Below, piece by piece: positions 33,480-42,861 of a stretch of DNA of 64,000 nucleotides. The notes beneath the pieces were generated by a model, which ran no database searches, had not been told where the DNA came from, and was given only the letters and a program-made list of their open reading frames with translations. Origin of the DNA: Candidatus Desulfobacula maris (GTDB taxonomy: Bacteria > Desulfobacterota > Desulfobacteria > Desulfobacterales > Desulfobacteraceae). The DNA is taken from positions 24,914 to 88,913 of the forward strand of contig JACNHV010000358.1 of NCBI GenBank assembly GCA_014383445.1, read 5' to 3'. A program made the translations under genes and the position numbers. Each line of letters begins with the position of its first letter. The stretch's first letter is position 1.

Positions 33480-35426
33480 TTACCTATCCCTTTCAGCAGT
33501 GATAGCCCCTGTGGGGCAAATATTCGCACACACGCCGCAGCCGGCGCAGAGCACCTCGTCAATCTGGATTTTATTCTTCTGAGTATCCCATATCAGACCC
33601 GGGCATTTAAAAACTCTGGTGCAAAGCCTGTTGCAGCCGCAATGGTCTAATAAACAACGATTGGCATCAATAGCCATCTCATACATCTTCCTGCCTTTCC
33701 TTATGGGGCTTAATGCACATGGCTGTTTTAAAATCAGCACTCGTGGGTTACCTCCATCTTCCAGCAGATCGAGCAGTATTTGCCGGGTGGCTTTCAAATC
33801 AAAGGGATCACTCACCTCCACCCGGATATCCATGGCACAGCACAGCTTTTCAATATCCAGAATCGGCAGTTTGCTTCCAGTTGCACTGGCAGGTGATCCA
33901 GGATGCGGCTGAAATCCGGTCATGGCTGTTCCAGAGTTATCCAGAACCACCAGAATCATGTCAGACTGGTTATGGACGGCATTCACCAGGGCCGGCATAA
34001 CTGCATGAAAAAAAGTGGAATCGCCGCAAACAGCCATAACCGGCTGTGACATTCCAAACATATCAAGCTTCCCAAATCCACTGGCCATACCGATGCCTGA
34101 ACCCATGGCCTGAAGGATCTTGATGGTGCTGAATCCACATGGGCCAGCCCCCAGGCCATAGCACCCGATATCACCACATAGAAAACCTGCTCGATTGTCC
34201 AGCTTGAGTACGGTGTGAATGAGCCAGAACGATGCCCGGTGAGGGCAGCCCGGACAAAAGGTCAATTCCCTGTTCAATGCCACGGCAGCAGTTATCTCAG
34301 CTGCTTTTTCACTATAATCATCTGAAACAGGTTGAAAGCTTGTGCCCATAATATTGTTGATCCCTTTTATCAAAAGATCCGGGTTCAACTCGTTCACTGG
34401 TGGAAGAGTCCCATCTTTTCTTCCAAAAAAGATTTTTATGCCCACCTGTTTTGCCTTTTCCGCGGCCAAAACCTTTATATTATCCTCAAGAAATGGGGTT
34501 CCCTCCTCCACAATAAAAATTTTTTCACAGGCACTAAGGTGTTGTTCCAAGAGCCTTGGCGGCAAAGGCCAGGTGGTACCCAGCTTGAGAAGACCCACCC
34601 GGTCCCACAGATCGAGAATGGTAAGGGCTTCCCTGGCATATAGCTGGCAAACCGAACTTGTAATAATCAAAAGTTCAGGTTTTTGCGGACCGACGTATGT
34701 ATTAAAAACAGATTCTTCAAAAGCCGCCACAGCCTTTGAAAGCTTTTCAAGCTGGCGCCTTCGCAATGGATCAACCAGGGTCGGAAAAGCCAGTACCGGT
34801 CCTTTCATCTGGTCCATGGGGGTTCCGCTGAATTCAAAAATCGCCTCAGGAATATCTTTTGGAAGCTCGCCCATAACCACATTTCCACTGGCATGAGACA
34901 AGCGGGTGACTGATCTAAGCATAACAATATTGCGAATATCACTTGAGAGCTCAAACGCCCATTTGGCCATATCTTTTGCTTCCTGGAAATCCCCGGGTTC
35001 CAGCAATGGGAATTCCATCATCTTGGCATAGGGACGCGAATCCCCTTCATTTGTGCTTGAAAGCGCTCCCGGGTCTTCGCAGGAAACCAGCACCAAAGCC
35101 CCTCGTGTTCCATATTCAGCAATGTGAAGAAGCGAATCTGCTGCTACGTTCACCCCCACCTGTTTCATTACGCACATGGACTTCAAATTCGCATATGATC
35201 CAGCCGCTGCTACTTCCAGGGCTACCTTTTCATTCACCGACCATTCCACATATAAATTGCGCTCCCCGGCCACTTTTGCCAGTTGCTCCACGATCTCTGA
35301 AGATGGTGTGCCTGGGTAACCGGTCACAACATTCACACCTGCCTCAAGCGCCCCCCGGGAAATCGCATCATTTCCCATGAGGAGTGCTTCAAAACCATTC
35401 TTGTTTTCAAGCAATATGGACAACAT
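33480..35426 (-). CDS. iorA: Indolepyruvate:ferredoxin oxidoreductase subunit alpha
   Basis: 648 aa. It has a TPP-binding region and a C-terminal 2x[4Fe-4S] motif (CAGCGVCANICP). Confidence 0.8.
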   Translation of the reverse strand: MLSILLENKNGFEALLMGNDAISRGALEAGVNVVTGYPGTPSSEIVEQLAKVAGERNLYVEWSVNEKVALEVAAAGSYANLKSMCVMKQVGVNVAADSLLHIAEYGTRGALVLVSCEDPGALSSTNEGDSRPYAKMMEFPLLEPGDFQEAKDMAKWAFELSSDIRNIVMLRSVTRLSHASGNVVMGELPKDIPEAIFEFSGTPMDQMKGPVLAFPTLVDPLRRRQLEKLSKAVAAFEESVFNTYVGPQKPELLIITSSVCQLYAREALTILDLWDRVGLLKLGTTWPLPPRLLEQHLSACEKIFIVEEGTPFLEDNIKVLAAEKAKQVGIKIFFGRKDGTLPPVNELNPDLLIKGINNIMGTSFQPVSDDYSEKAAEITAAVALNRELTFCPGCPHRASFWLIHTVLKLDNRAGFLCGDIGCYGLGAGPCGFSTIKILQAMGSGIGMASGFGKLDMFGMSQPVMAVCGDSTFFHAVMPALVNAVHNQSDMILVVLDNSGTAMTGFQPHPGSPASATGSKLPILDIEKLCCAMDIRVEVSDPFDLKATRQILLDLLEDGGNPRVLILKQPCALSPIRKGRKMYEMAIDANRCLLDHCGCNRLCTRVFKCPGLIWDTQKNKIQIDEVLCAGCGVCANICPTGAITAERDR

Positions 35427-35650
35427 ATATCCTCTTTATATGAAAGTAGTGAGATATGAGTTTTGAGTAGTGAGAAAAACCATCTGTTTTGCTTCTCTCA
35501 CATCTCATATCTCACATCTCAATACGCTTTCATAATTTGTTGTGCCCGCAAGGGCATGTCTGTTAGTTTTGATATGAGTTTTGAACTAAGTAAAAAAACC
35601 ATCAGCCTATCTTCCTTCCCCATTTACCATTCACCACTCACCATTCACCA

Positions 35651-36805
35651 TTACCCAAGCTTCATCCCCCTGATGTACCGAACCACTGGATCTTCAGGGT
35701 CAATATAAATAAGATCATCCAGACTGCCGGTCTTTTCAGACAGGTTCATAAGACAGGTGCGCTTCTTGCCGGCAGATGCCGTCTTGAGTTTTTCTATATT
35801 TTTGTCTGGTACGGCCTTAAACTCCAGGACACCCTTTTCCCGGGCCAGGGCCAGCAATTGCTCACCCAGGGCTGTTCGAACAATCACCTGGTTCCATCCC
35901 TTGTCCACATCCCAGCCTTCAGGACTTCGTGCCGCCCCAACCGAGATATCAGCAAATTCACAGGTCATGTCAAAACAATAGTTGCAATTGTCTCTAACGC
36001 AGGTGTTGACCTTATCAATAGGAATTTTCATAGTTCTATCTGTTGTATAAACTTCTATGCAGGCATATTTACTGGGAGGGATATCAATCCCCTTAATTTG
36101 GAGATCCCCCAACATTTCTTTCAGCAGCTTCTGGAGTTTGCGCCAGTCAAGAGCCCAGCCACAGAAAAGCCCCAGGACAAGCTTAAGCTTTTCCATCCGC
36201 ATCTTATCTTCTGGAACAAAATTCACCTTCATTTTTGCCAGGGCCAGTGCCTGGCATGGCGTGGCCACAACGCCAATTTTCCCGGCATCAGCCTGGGATA
36301 TGCGGTTGAACGCAGACATAGTCGGGGAGACCACAAATTTACTCCCGGCTTTGTCAAAAACCGCATCCTTATCTGCAATTGTTTGAGCGATGGGTAAAAG
36401 CTGATCGTTCTGATCCGCCAGAATCGCCTCATCAATAATCCCTTCGGCAAGTGCCAGTTGAATCAGTGCTGTCACAGTACCACCATGCTGGGCTCCTGCC
36501 CGAATATTTTCATCTGTTGCCCGGGTCATGTAAAGGCCTTTGAAGGGCCCTATTTCCCAAATAATGTCCCTGGAATTGAACAGCTCATGTCTCAGCGCTT
36601 CAAGGTTGGTGGGTGTTCGGGGACAATATGTATAACACCGTCCCTTATCCAGATTGCAGTCATGAACAAGGGTGGTTTTGTCCTTGTAATATTCCATGGA
36701 AGGACAAAGGTTTACACAGGCGCAACAGCCTGTACAAAGCCCCTGTTTGATCACTTTTGTATTGATCCCCTTCTGGCCCTGCTGATTTTTGTCATCTAAA
36801 TCCAT
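35651..36805 (-). CDS. FrhB/FdhB-like (coenzyme F420 hydrogenase beta family) Fe-S protein
   Basis: 384 aa with an N-terminal ferredoxin-type CTGCCACVNLCP motif. The overall pattern is FrhB-like. Confidence 0.6.
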   Translation of the reverse strand: MDLDDKNQQGQKGINTKVIKQGLCTGCCACVNLCPSMEYYKDKTTLVHDCNLDKGRCYTYCPRTPTNLEALRHELFNSRDIIWEIGPFKGLYMTRATDENIRAGAQHGGTVTALIQLALAEGIIDEAILADQNDQLLPIAQTIADKDAVFDKAGSKFVVSPTMSAFNRISQADAGKIGVVATPCQALALAKMKVNFVPEDKMRMEKLKLVLGLFCGWALDWRKLQKLLKEMLGDLQIKGIDIPPSKYACIEVYTTDRTMKIPIDKVNTCVRDNCNYCFDMTCEFADISVGAARSPEGWDVDKGWNQVIVRTALGEQLLALAREKGVLEFKAVPDKNIEKLKTASAGKKRTCLMNLSEKTGSLDDLIYIDPEDPVVRYIRGMKLG

Positions 36806-37026
36806 ATAAATAAATTTTCCTTAAAAAATAATGTGCCATGGAATCAATTAAATAGAACATGAATCTCCTGGGCAACAAATGAACAAATTTGTCCGCGTCT
36901 TTGCATCATCTCTTTTAATTGAACCCTCTTATTTATTCAATAAAAAAGAAAAAGGATATAATAAATAGCTGTGATTGTCCGGCTTTCAGAGGATTCATGG
37001 AATTATTTTTTAACATGCAATAACCC

Positions 37027-37055
37027 TTGACATAAAATTATAGGGAGTTTATATC
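37027..37055 (+). promoter_or_regulatory. Candidate sigma70 promoter (TTGACA-17-TATATC) upstream of the dsr-linked cluster
   Basis: Read directly from the sequence, ~60 nt upstream of the 37115 start. Confidence 0.3.
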
Positions 37056-37114
37056 CTTTTAACAATTGGACTAAGAGATTAATATTATTTTTAATAAAAA
37101 AATGCAAACAAAAT

Positions 37115-37630
37115 ATGGAATTAAAACAGGTACTTAAAAAAAATAAGGAATCATTTATAAAAAAATGGTTCCAGGCAACAATTGATACCTATCCCCAGCA
37201 AACTGCAAAAGTACTGGGCAAAGACTCCAACCGGTTTGACAATCCGATCGGTGCCATTACCCATGAAACCATTGAAGATGTATTTACTCTTATCCTGGAA
37301 GATTTCAATCAGGAAATGCTTGAAAAAACACTTGATCCTGTAATCCGGATCAGGGCGGTACAGGCATTTTCAGCTTCCCAGGCAGTCAGTTTTGTTTTTG
37401 CTTTAAAACAAATTGGTGAAGATATCATTGATGGCAATTTAATCAGAGAATTTGACAAGCTTGTTGATAAAATTGCTCTGGCGGCATTCAACAGATTTAT
37501 GAAATGTAGAGAAGAAATATTCCTTTTAAAGGCCACTGAGAGTAAAAGGCGGATTCACAGGGCTTTTGAAAGGGCGGGTTTAGTAGCTGAGCTATCGGAA
37601 GAAGATCTCCTTGGCTCTAAAAAATCTTAA
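37115..37630 (+). CDS. Conserved hypothetical protein (RsbRD-N-like?) upstream of dsrM
   Basis: 171-aa helical protein. I recall similar small genes preceding dsrMKJOP in sulfate reducers, but I cannot verify this. Confidence 0.4.
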   Translation: MELKQVLKKNKESFIKKWFQATIDTYPQQTAKVLGKDSNRFDNPIGAITHETIEDVFTLILEDFNQEMLEKTLDPVIRIRAVQAFSASQAVSFVFALKQIGEDIIDGNLIREFDKLVDKIALAAFNRFMKCREEIFLLKATESKRRIHRAFERAGLVAELSEEDLLGSKKS

Positions 37631-37684
37631 CATGCACGACAAAATTTAGGTTTGTCCTGCATAAAACAATGAGGTGGTTATAAT

Positions 37685-38692
37685 ATGAATCAAAAGTACT
37701 TGATCCCCCTGACCGCTGTTTTTCTGCTTTTTCTAGTAGCATACACAGGGGTTGAGGGAGCAGGGCTTCAGTGGTTCTTCGGAATTGTTTTCCCTTATGT
37801 AGCGATTCTCGCTTTCCTTGCCGGGTTTGTATACAAGGTTTTAGGATGGGCATCTTCTGCTGTCCCGTTCAGGATTCCAACAACCTGCGGCCAGCAAAAA
37901 TCTCTGCCATGGATAAAACAGAACACCATTGACAACCCTGATACTTCAACCGGTGTATTTCTGCGTATGGTTCTTGAAATTTTTCTTTTCAGGTCTCTGT
38001 TCAGAAATACAAAAGCAGCATTCAACAGAAATGCATCCAACAGGCTTTCCTATTCCTGGGAAATTTTCCTATGGGTAGGCGCCCTTGCATTTCATTATTC
38101 CTTTTTAGTGGTTTTGTTAAGGCATTTCAGGTTTTTTACATCCCCGGTACCGTCCTGTATCAAGTTTTTGGAGTATATTGACGGTATTGTACAATTGGGG
38201 CTTCCCGGAATATTTTTATCCGGTGTTGTCTTACTTGCAGCAACATTGTTTTTGCTCGCAAGAAGAATATTTGATGCCAAGGTTACCTATATCTCCCAGG
38301 CAGCGGATTACTTTCCCTTATTTTTGATCATCGGGATTGCAGCAACGGGTTTGTCCATGAGATATTTTACAAAGGTTGACATTGTCGGCATTAAAACACT
38401 GACCATGGGCCTTGTAACCTTCAGTCCAACCATTCCCGAAGGTGTCAGCGGTCTTTTTTATGGCCATGTTTTTCTGGTGAGTATCCTTTTTGCATATTTC
38501 CCGGCCAGTAAGCTTATGCATCTGGGCGGAATCTTCTTAAGTCCCACAAGAAATATGGCAAACAATACCCGTGCAAAAAGACATGTTAACCCCTGGAACT
38601 ATGATGTGAAAACCCATACATATGAAGAGTATGAGGATCACTTCAGAGAAAAAATGATTGAAGCTGGCCTGCCAGTGGATAAGAAGGAGTAA
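37685..38692 (+). CDS. dsrM: DsrM, NarI-like membrane heme b subunit
   Basis: 335-aa polytopic membrane protein. It is the first gene in the canonical M-K-J-O-P order. Confidence 0.85.
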   Translation: MNQKYLIPLTAVFLLFLVAYTGVEGAGLQWFFGIVFPYVAILAFLAGFVYKVLGWASSAVPFRIPTTCGQQKSLPWIKQNTIDNPDTSTGVFLRMVLEIFLFRSLFRNTKAAFNRNASNRLSYSWEIFLWVGALAFHYSFLVVLLRHFRFFTSPVPSCIKFLEYIDGIVQLGLPGIFLSGVVLLAATLFLLARRIFDAKVTYISQAADYFPLFLIIGIAATGLSMRYFTKVDIVGIKTLTMGLVTFSPTIPEGVSGLFYGHVFLVSILFAYFPASKLMHLGGIFLSPTRNMANNTRAKRHVNPWNYDVKTHTYEEYEDHFREKMIEAGLPVDKKE

Positions 38693-38695
38693 TAG

Positions 38696-40375
38696 ATGTC
38701 TGACGAACTAACACCCAATGAGTTATTAGATAAAATAGACTATGGCCCCCAGTCAAAATCAGGGCCAGAATCAAGCAATTGGATGGATACGACGGCTTCG
38801 GTCCAGATCAGACCGGGAATGTATTGCTATGCGGCAAAGGCCGAAAGTGTTGAAACACTTGGCCTGCCCAATGCACGGCCGTGGAATCCGCTTGATGAAG
38901 ACTGGAAACTTCCGGATAACTGGCAGGAAATTATTTTCCAGGGGTTAAAAGAACGCCTGGAAAAATTCAGAACATTCAAAGTCTTCATGGATATCTGTGT
39001 ACGCTGCGGTGCATGTGCTGATAAATGTCATTTTTTCCTTGGAACGGGTGACCCCAAAAACATGCCTGTCTTAAGGGCTGAGCTTTTAAGATCCGTATAC
39101 AGAAATGATTTTTCAACTGCAGCAAAAATCCTGAGTAAAATACCGGGCGGGAAAGCATTGGCAGGTTCAAGGCCAATGACCATAGATGTCCTCAAAGAGT
39201 GGTGGTACTATTTTTTCCAGTGCACGGAATGCAGGCGCTGTTCTGTGTTCTGTCCCTATGGAATCGACACTGCTGAAATCACCATCATGGCAAGGGAGAT
39301 TTTCAACCTTTTAGGTCTGAATATTGACTGGATTGCAACGCCTGTTTCAAACTGTTTTCAAACAGGTAACCACCTGGGAATTCAACCCCATGCCTTTAAA
39401 GACATGCTGGAATTCTTTGTGGAAGATCTTGAGGATGTGACAGGAGTCGATTGTACGCCTAATTTCCAGAAAAAAGGGGCTGACATCCTTTTTATCACGC
39501 CTTCAGGGGATGTATTTGCAGATCCGGGAACCTATACCTGCCAGGGATATCTGGTTTTATTCAAGTATCTTAAAGATAAATATGGGCTGGATGTCACCTG
39601 GAGCACCTATGCATCAGAAGGCGGAAACTTTGGTTTCTTTACATCCCATGAAACCATGAAACGCTTGAATGCCAAAATGTATGCAGAAGCCAAACGTCTG
39701 GGCGTTAAATGGATTCTGGGCGGAGAGTGCGGTCATATGTGGCGTGTCATCCATCAGTACATGGACACCATGAACGGCCCTGCCGATTTTCTGGAAGTAC
39801 CGAAAAACCCGATTACCGGGACAGTATTTGAAAATGCCAGATCCACAAAAATGGTTCATATCACCGAGTTCACGGCCGACCTTATCAAACACGGAAAACT
39901 TGAACTTGATAAGAGCCGTAATGCCGAGCGCATCATTACCTTCCATGATTCCTGTAATACCTCAAGGGGTATGGGGCTTCTGGATGAGCCGCGATATGTG
40001 ATTCAAAATGTCTGTGACAACTTTTATGAGATGCCGCCCAACACCATCCGGGAGCAGACCTTCTGTTGCGGTTCCGGCTCCGGGCTGAACGCGGGTGAAA
40101 ACATGGAACTTCGAATGGCCGGCGCTCTTCCAAGAGCCAATGCCCTGAAATATGTCCATGAAAAATTCGGTGTCAATACTCTTGGTACTGTCTGTGCCAT
40201 TGACAGGGCAGCTCTTACAACACTGTGCGAATACTGGGTACCGGATGTGGAAGTGTATGGGGTCCATGAATTGGTTGGAAATGCTTTGATTCTTCCGGGT
40301 GAAAAAAAGAGAACCCAGGACTTGAGACTTGAACCCTTACCCGGCATGGAGTTAGAGGAGGATGAAGATGAATAA
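38696..40375 (+). CDS. dsrK: DsrK, HdrD-like Fe-S (CCG domain) catalytic subunit
   Basis: 559 aa. Motifs are CVRCGACADKC, CTECRRCSVFCPYG and the CCG-type FHDSCN / CCGSGSG. Confidence 0.85.
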   Translation: MSDELTPNELLDKIDYGPQSKSGPESSNWMDTTASVQIRPGMYCYAAKAESVETLGLPNARPWNPLDEDWKLPDNWQEIIFQGLKERLEKFRTFKVFMDICVRCGACADKCHFFLGTGDPKNMPVLRAELLRSVYRNDFSTAAKILSKIPGGKALAGSRPMTIDVLKEWWYYFFQCTECRRCSVFCPYGIDTAEITIMAREIFNLLGLNIDWIATPVSNCFQTGNHLGIQPHAFKDMLEFFVEDLEDVTGVDCTPNFQKKGADILFITPSGDVFADPGTYTCQGYLVLFKYLKDKYGLDVTWSTYASEGGNFGFFTSHETMKRLNAKMYAEAKRLGVKWILGGECGHMWRVIHQYMDTMNGPADFLEVPKNPITGTVFENARSTKMVHITEFTADLIKHGKLELDKSRNAERIITFHDSCNTSRGMGLLDEPRYVIQNVCDNFYEMPPNTIREQTFCCGSGSGLNAGENMELRMAGALPRANALKYVHEKFGVNTLGTVCAIDRAALTTLCEYWVPDVEVYGVHELVGNALILPGEKKRTQDLRLEPLPGMELEEDEDE

Positions 40376-40763
40376 AAACTATATCATCACAGGACTGGTT
40401 ATTTTTGTCCTGACCGTGCTCTCGCCGTTCTGGTTTAATATGATTACAACCACCCAGGCAGCACCTGAGCCGGAACTTGTGGGCAAAGCCAAGACAGAAA
40501 AAAAATGCGTACTGGGAAAATATGAAATGAGAGCCAATCACATGTCTCTCTTAGATGAATGGAGAGATTCCGTGGTAAGAAATGCTGATAGAATGTACAC
40601 AGCAGCCAATGGTAATTCATTTAATATGAGCCTTTCCACGGGTGAAAATTCATGTCTTGGATGCCATGAAGATAAAGCAAAATTTTGTGACTCTTGTCAT
40701 ACCTATGCTTCGGTTAATCCCTATTGCTGGGAATGTCACACAAACCCCAAGGAGATTAAATGA
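40362..40763 (+). CDS. dsrJ: DsrJ, periplasmic triheme cytochrome c
   Basis: 133 aa with an N-terminal TM/signal segment and three CxxCH motifs (CLGCH, CDSCH, CWECH). Confidence 0.85.
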   Translation: MKMNKNYIITGLVIFVLTVLSPFWFNMITTTQAAPEPELVGKAKTEKKCVLGKYEMRANHMSLLDEWRDSVVRNADRMYTAANGNSFNMSLSTGENSCLGCHEDKAKFCDSCHTYASVNPYCWECHTNPKEIK

Positions 40764-41584
40764 TGAAAAAGAGCAGAAGAAGCTTTCTTAAAGTAGCAGG
40801 TATTGCTGCCATTGGATTGGGTGCTGCTCCGGCAATGAATTTTGCTGCATCTGGTTCTAATGGTACAGCCCTTGCGGTGAAAAGCAAAAATGAAAATGTT
40901 CTTTTTGCACATCGCTGGGGTATGGTGATTGATACCAACAAGATTACAGATGAAGTTGTTGAAAATATTGTCGCAGCCTGTCACAAAGCCCATAATGTAC
41001 CCGACTTTAATCATAAAGTGGATGAGGAAAAATTTCCCGGGACAAGACCTGTAAATCACAAACAGGAAGTCAAATGGATATGGGAAGAGCATTTTCAATA
41101 TGCATTCCCTGACAAGGAAGATGAATTTCTTGCAGAAAAATTCCATGATCTTCCCTTTCTTGTGACCTGCAACCATTGCAAAAACGCCCCCTGTGTCAAG
41201 GCCTGTCCCACACAGGCGACATTCAAAAGAGAAGATGGGATAGTCCTGATGGACTTTCATCGCTGTATTGGATGCCGTTTCTGCATGGCAGCCTGCCCCT
41301 ATGGTGCCAGAAGTTTTAATTTCAGGGATCCAAGACCATTTGTCGAAGAGATTAATCCTGATTTTCCCACCCGTTCCAAAGGGGTTGTGGAAAAGTGCAA
41401 TCTTTGTGCTGAACGCCTGGCAAAAGGGGAGCAACCCCATTGCGTAGAGGCAAGTGAAGGTGCAATTTTAGTAGGAGACCTGGAAGATCCTGAATCTGAG
41501 GTCAGGGCACTTTTAAATGAAAATTATACAATCAGACGTAAACAGTCTCTGGGTACTGAGCCTTCTGTTTACTATGTCATGTAA
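40760..41584 (+). CDS. dsrO: DsrO, Tat-exported ferredoxin-like Fe-S subunit
   Basis: 274 aa with a twin-arginine signal (SRRSFLKVAG) and several 4Fe-4S Cys clusters. Confidence 0.85.
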   Translation: MMKKSRRSFLKVAGIAAIGLGAAPAMNFAASGSNGTALAVKSKNENVLFAHRWGMVIDTNKITDEVVENIVAACHKAHNVPDFNHKVDEEKFPGTRPVNHKQEVKWIWEEHFQYAFPDKEDEFLAEKFHDLPFLVTCNHCKNAPCVKACPTQATFKREDGIVLMDFHRCIGCRFCMAACPYGARSFNFRDPRPFVEEINPDFPTRSKGVVEKCNLCAERLAKGEQPHCVEASEGAILVGDLEDPESEVRALLNENYTIRRKQSLGTEPSVYYVM

Positions 41585-41595
41585 GAGGAGCGAGT

Positions 41596-42753
41596 ATGCT
41601 TGAAATAGCTATTAAAGGAAGCAAAAACTATTGGTTATGGATAGTCTTTCTGCTCGCTGTAATGGGAGCAGGAGCAGTTGTTTATATTGACCAGTTCATG
41701 AACGGCCTTATGATCACCAACATGAGCCGGGATGTGTCATTTGGCTTTTATATTGCCAACTTTACTTTTCTTGTGGGGGTTGCCGCAGGAGGTGTCATGG
41801 TTGTCATCCCCTACTATCTTCATGATTATGAAAAATTTCACAGGATTACCATTTTAGGAGAATTTTTAGCGGTTGCGTCTCTTGTTATGTGTCTTCTTTT
41901 CGTTCTTGTGGATGTAGGTCAGCCAACAAGACTTTTAAATGTCTGGCTCTATCCATCTGTTAAATCGGTACTGTTCTGGGATACCCTTGTTCTTAATGGA
42001 TATCTTGGACTGAATATTATTATTGGCTGGAAGGTTCTTGAAGCAGAGAGGAATCAGGTGGAACCGCCTTTATGGACAAAACCTCTGATTTATATTTCCA
42101 TCCCCTTTGCCATTGGTATCCATACGGTAACCGCCTATCTTTACTGTGGCCTTCCCGGTCGTGGATACTGGCTGACAGCCATATTGGCACCCAGATTTCT
42201 GGCATCAGCATTTGCTGCAGGACCAGCCTTTTTAATTATTCTCTGCTATATTATCAAAAAATTCACCAAGTTTGATCCAGGCTGGGAAGCCATACAGACA
42301 TTATCGAAAATCGTATGCTGGGCAATTATTGCCAATCTGTTTTTCTTTTTATGTGAAGTTTTTGTGGTCTATTATTCCAATATTCCCGGACATCTGGCAC
42401 ATATGCAATATCTGTTGTTCGGATATCATGGATATCATGCGCTTGTTCCATGGATGTGGACCGGCATCATTCTCATGATTACCGGTGCAGTCTTTCTTGT
42501 GATTCCGCAGTTGAGAGATAATAAAACCATGTTACCGTTTACCTGTGCCATGATTTTTATCGGTGCATGGATTGACAAAGGCCTTGGCATGATCTCAGGT
42601 GGTTTTGTCCCTTCTCCTTTGCACCATGTAACTGAGTACGCACCATCAGGCAAGGAAATCATAATTACCCTGGCGGTTTATGCCACAGGCTTTCTGATTC
42701 TGACCATTCTTTTTAAGCTTGCAACCCAGGTGAAAGAAGAGGTCCGAGGATAG
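41596..42753 (+). CDS. dsrP: DsrP, NrfD/PsrC-family membrane subunit
   Basis: 385-aa polytopic membrane protein, last gene of the cluster. Confidence 0.85.
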   Translation: MLEIAIKGSKNYWLWIVFLLAVMGAGAVVYIDQFMNGLMITNMSRDVSFGFYIANFTFLVGVAAGGVMVVIPYYLHDYEKFHRITILGEFLAVASLVMCLLFVLVDVGQPTRLLNVWLYPSVKSVLFWDTLVLNGYLGLNIIIGWKVLEAERNQVEPPLWTKPLIYISIPFAIGIHTVTAYLYCGLPGRGYWLTAILAPRFLASAFAAGPAFLIILCYIIKKFTKFDPGWEAIQTLSKIVCWAIIANLFFFLCEVFVVYYSNIPGHLAHMQYLLFGYHGYHALVPWMWTGIILMITGAVFLVIPQLRDNKTMLPFTCAMIFIGAWIDKGLGMISGGFVPSPLHHVTEYAPSGKEIIITLAVYATGFLILTILFKLATQVKEEVRG

Positions 42754-42807
42754 TTTGACCCTTGGGGATAGATTTAAAACCTGTTCCCTTATCTTTTGAT
42801 CTATATT

Positions 42808-42844
42808 CAGGGGAGTTTCTTTGATGAAACTCCCCTGTTTTATT
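42808..42844 (+). terminator. Rho-independent terminator of the dsrMKJOP operon
   Basis: 12-bp perfect stem CAGGGGAGTTTC-TTTGAT-GAAACTCCCCTG followed by TTTTATT. Confidence 0.8.
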
Positions 42845-42861
42845 CATAGGAATGCCTGGTT

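Noticed and set aside
40736-41440. A 234-aa minus-strand ORF antisense to dsrO. Many similar antisense ORFs occur inside iorA, korA, the transcarboxylase genes and others.
   Set aside because: The sense-strand genes have diagnostic motifs and operon context, while the antisense ORFs have none.
42181-42215. TGGCAC-containing sigma54-like motifs (TTGGCACCCAGATTTC and CTGGCATCAGCATTTGC).
   Set aside because: They lie inside the dsrP coding sequence. The -12 element is wrong or off by one nucleotide, and there is no downstream gene start.
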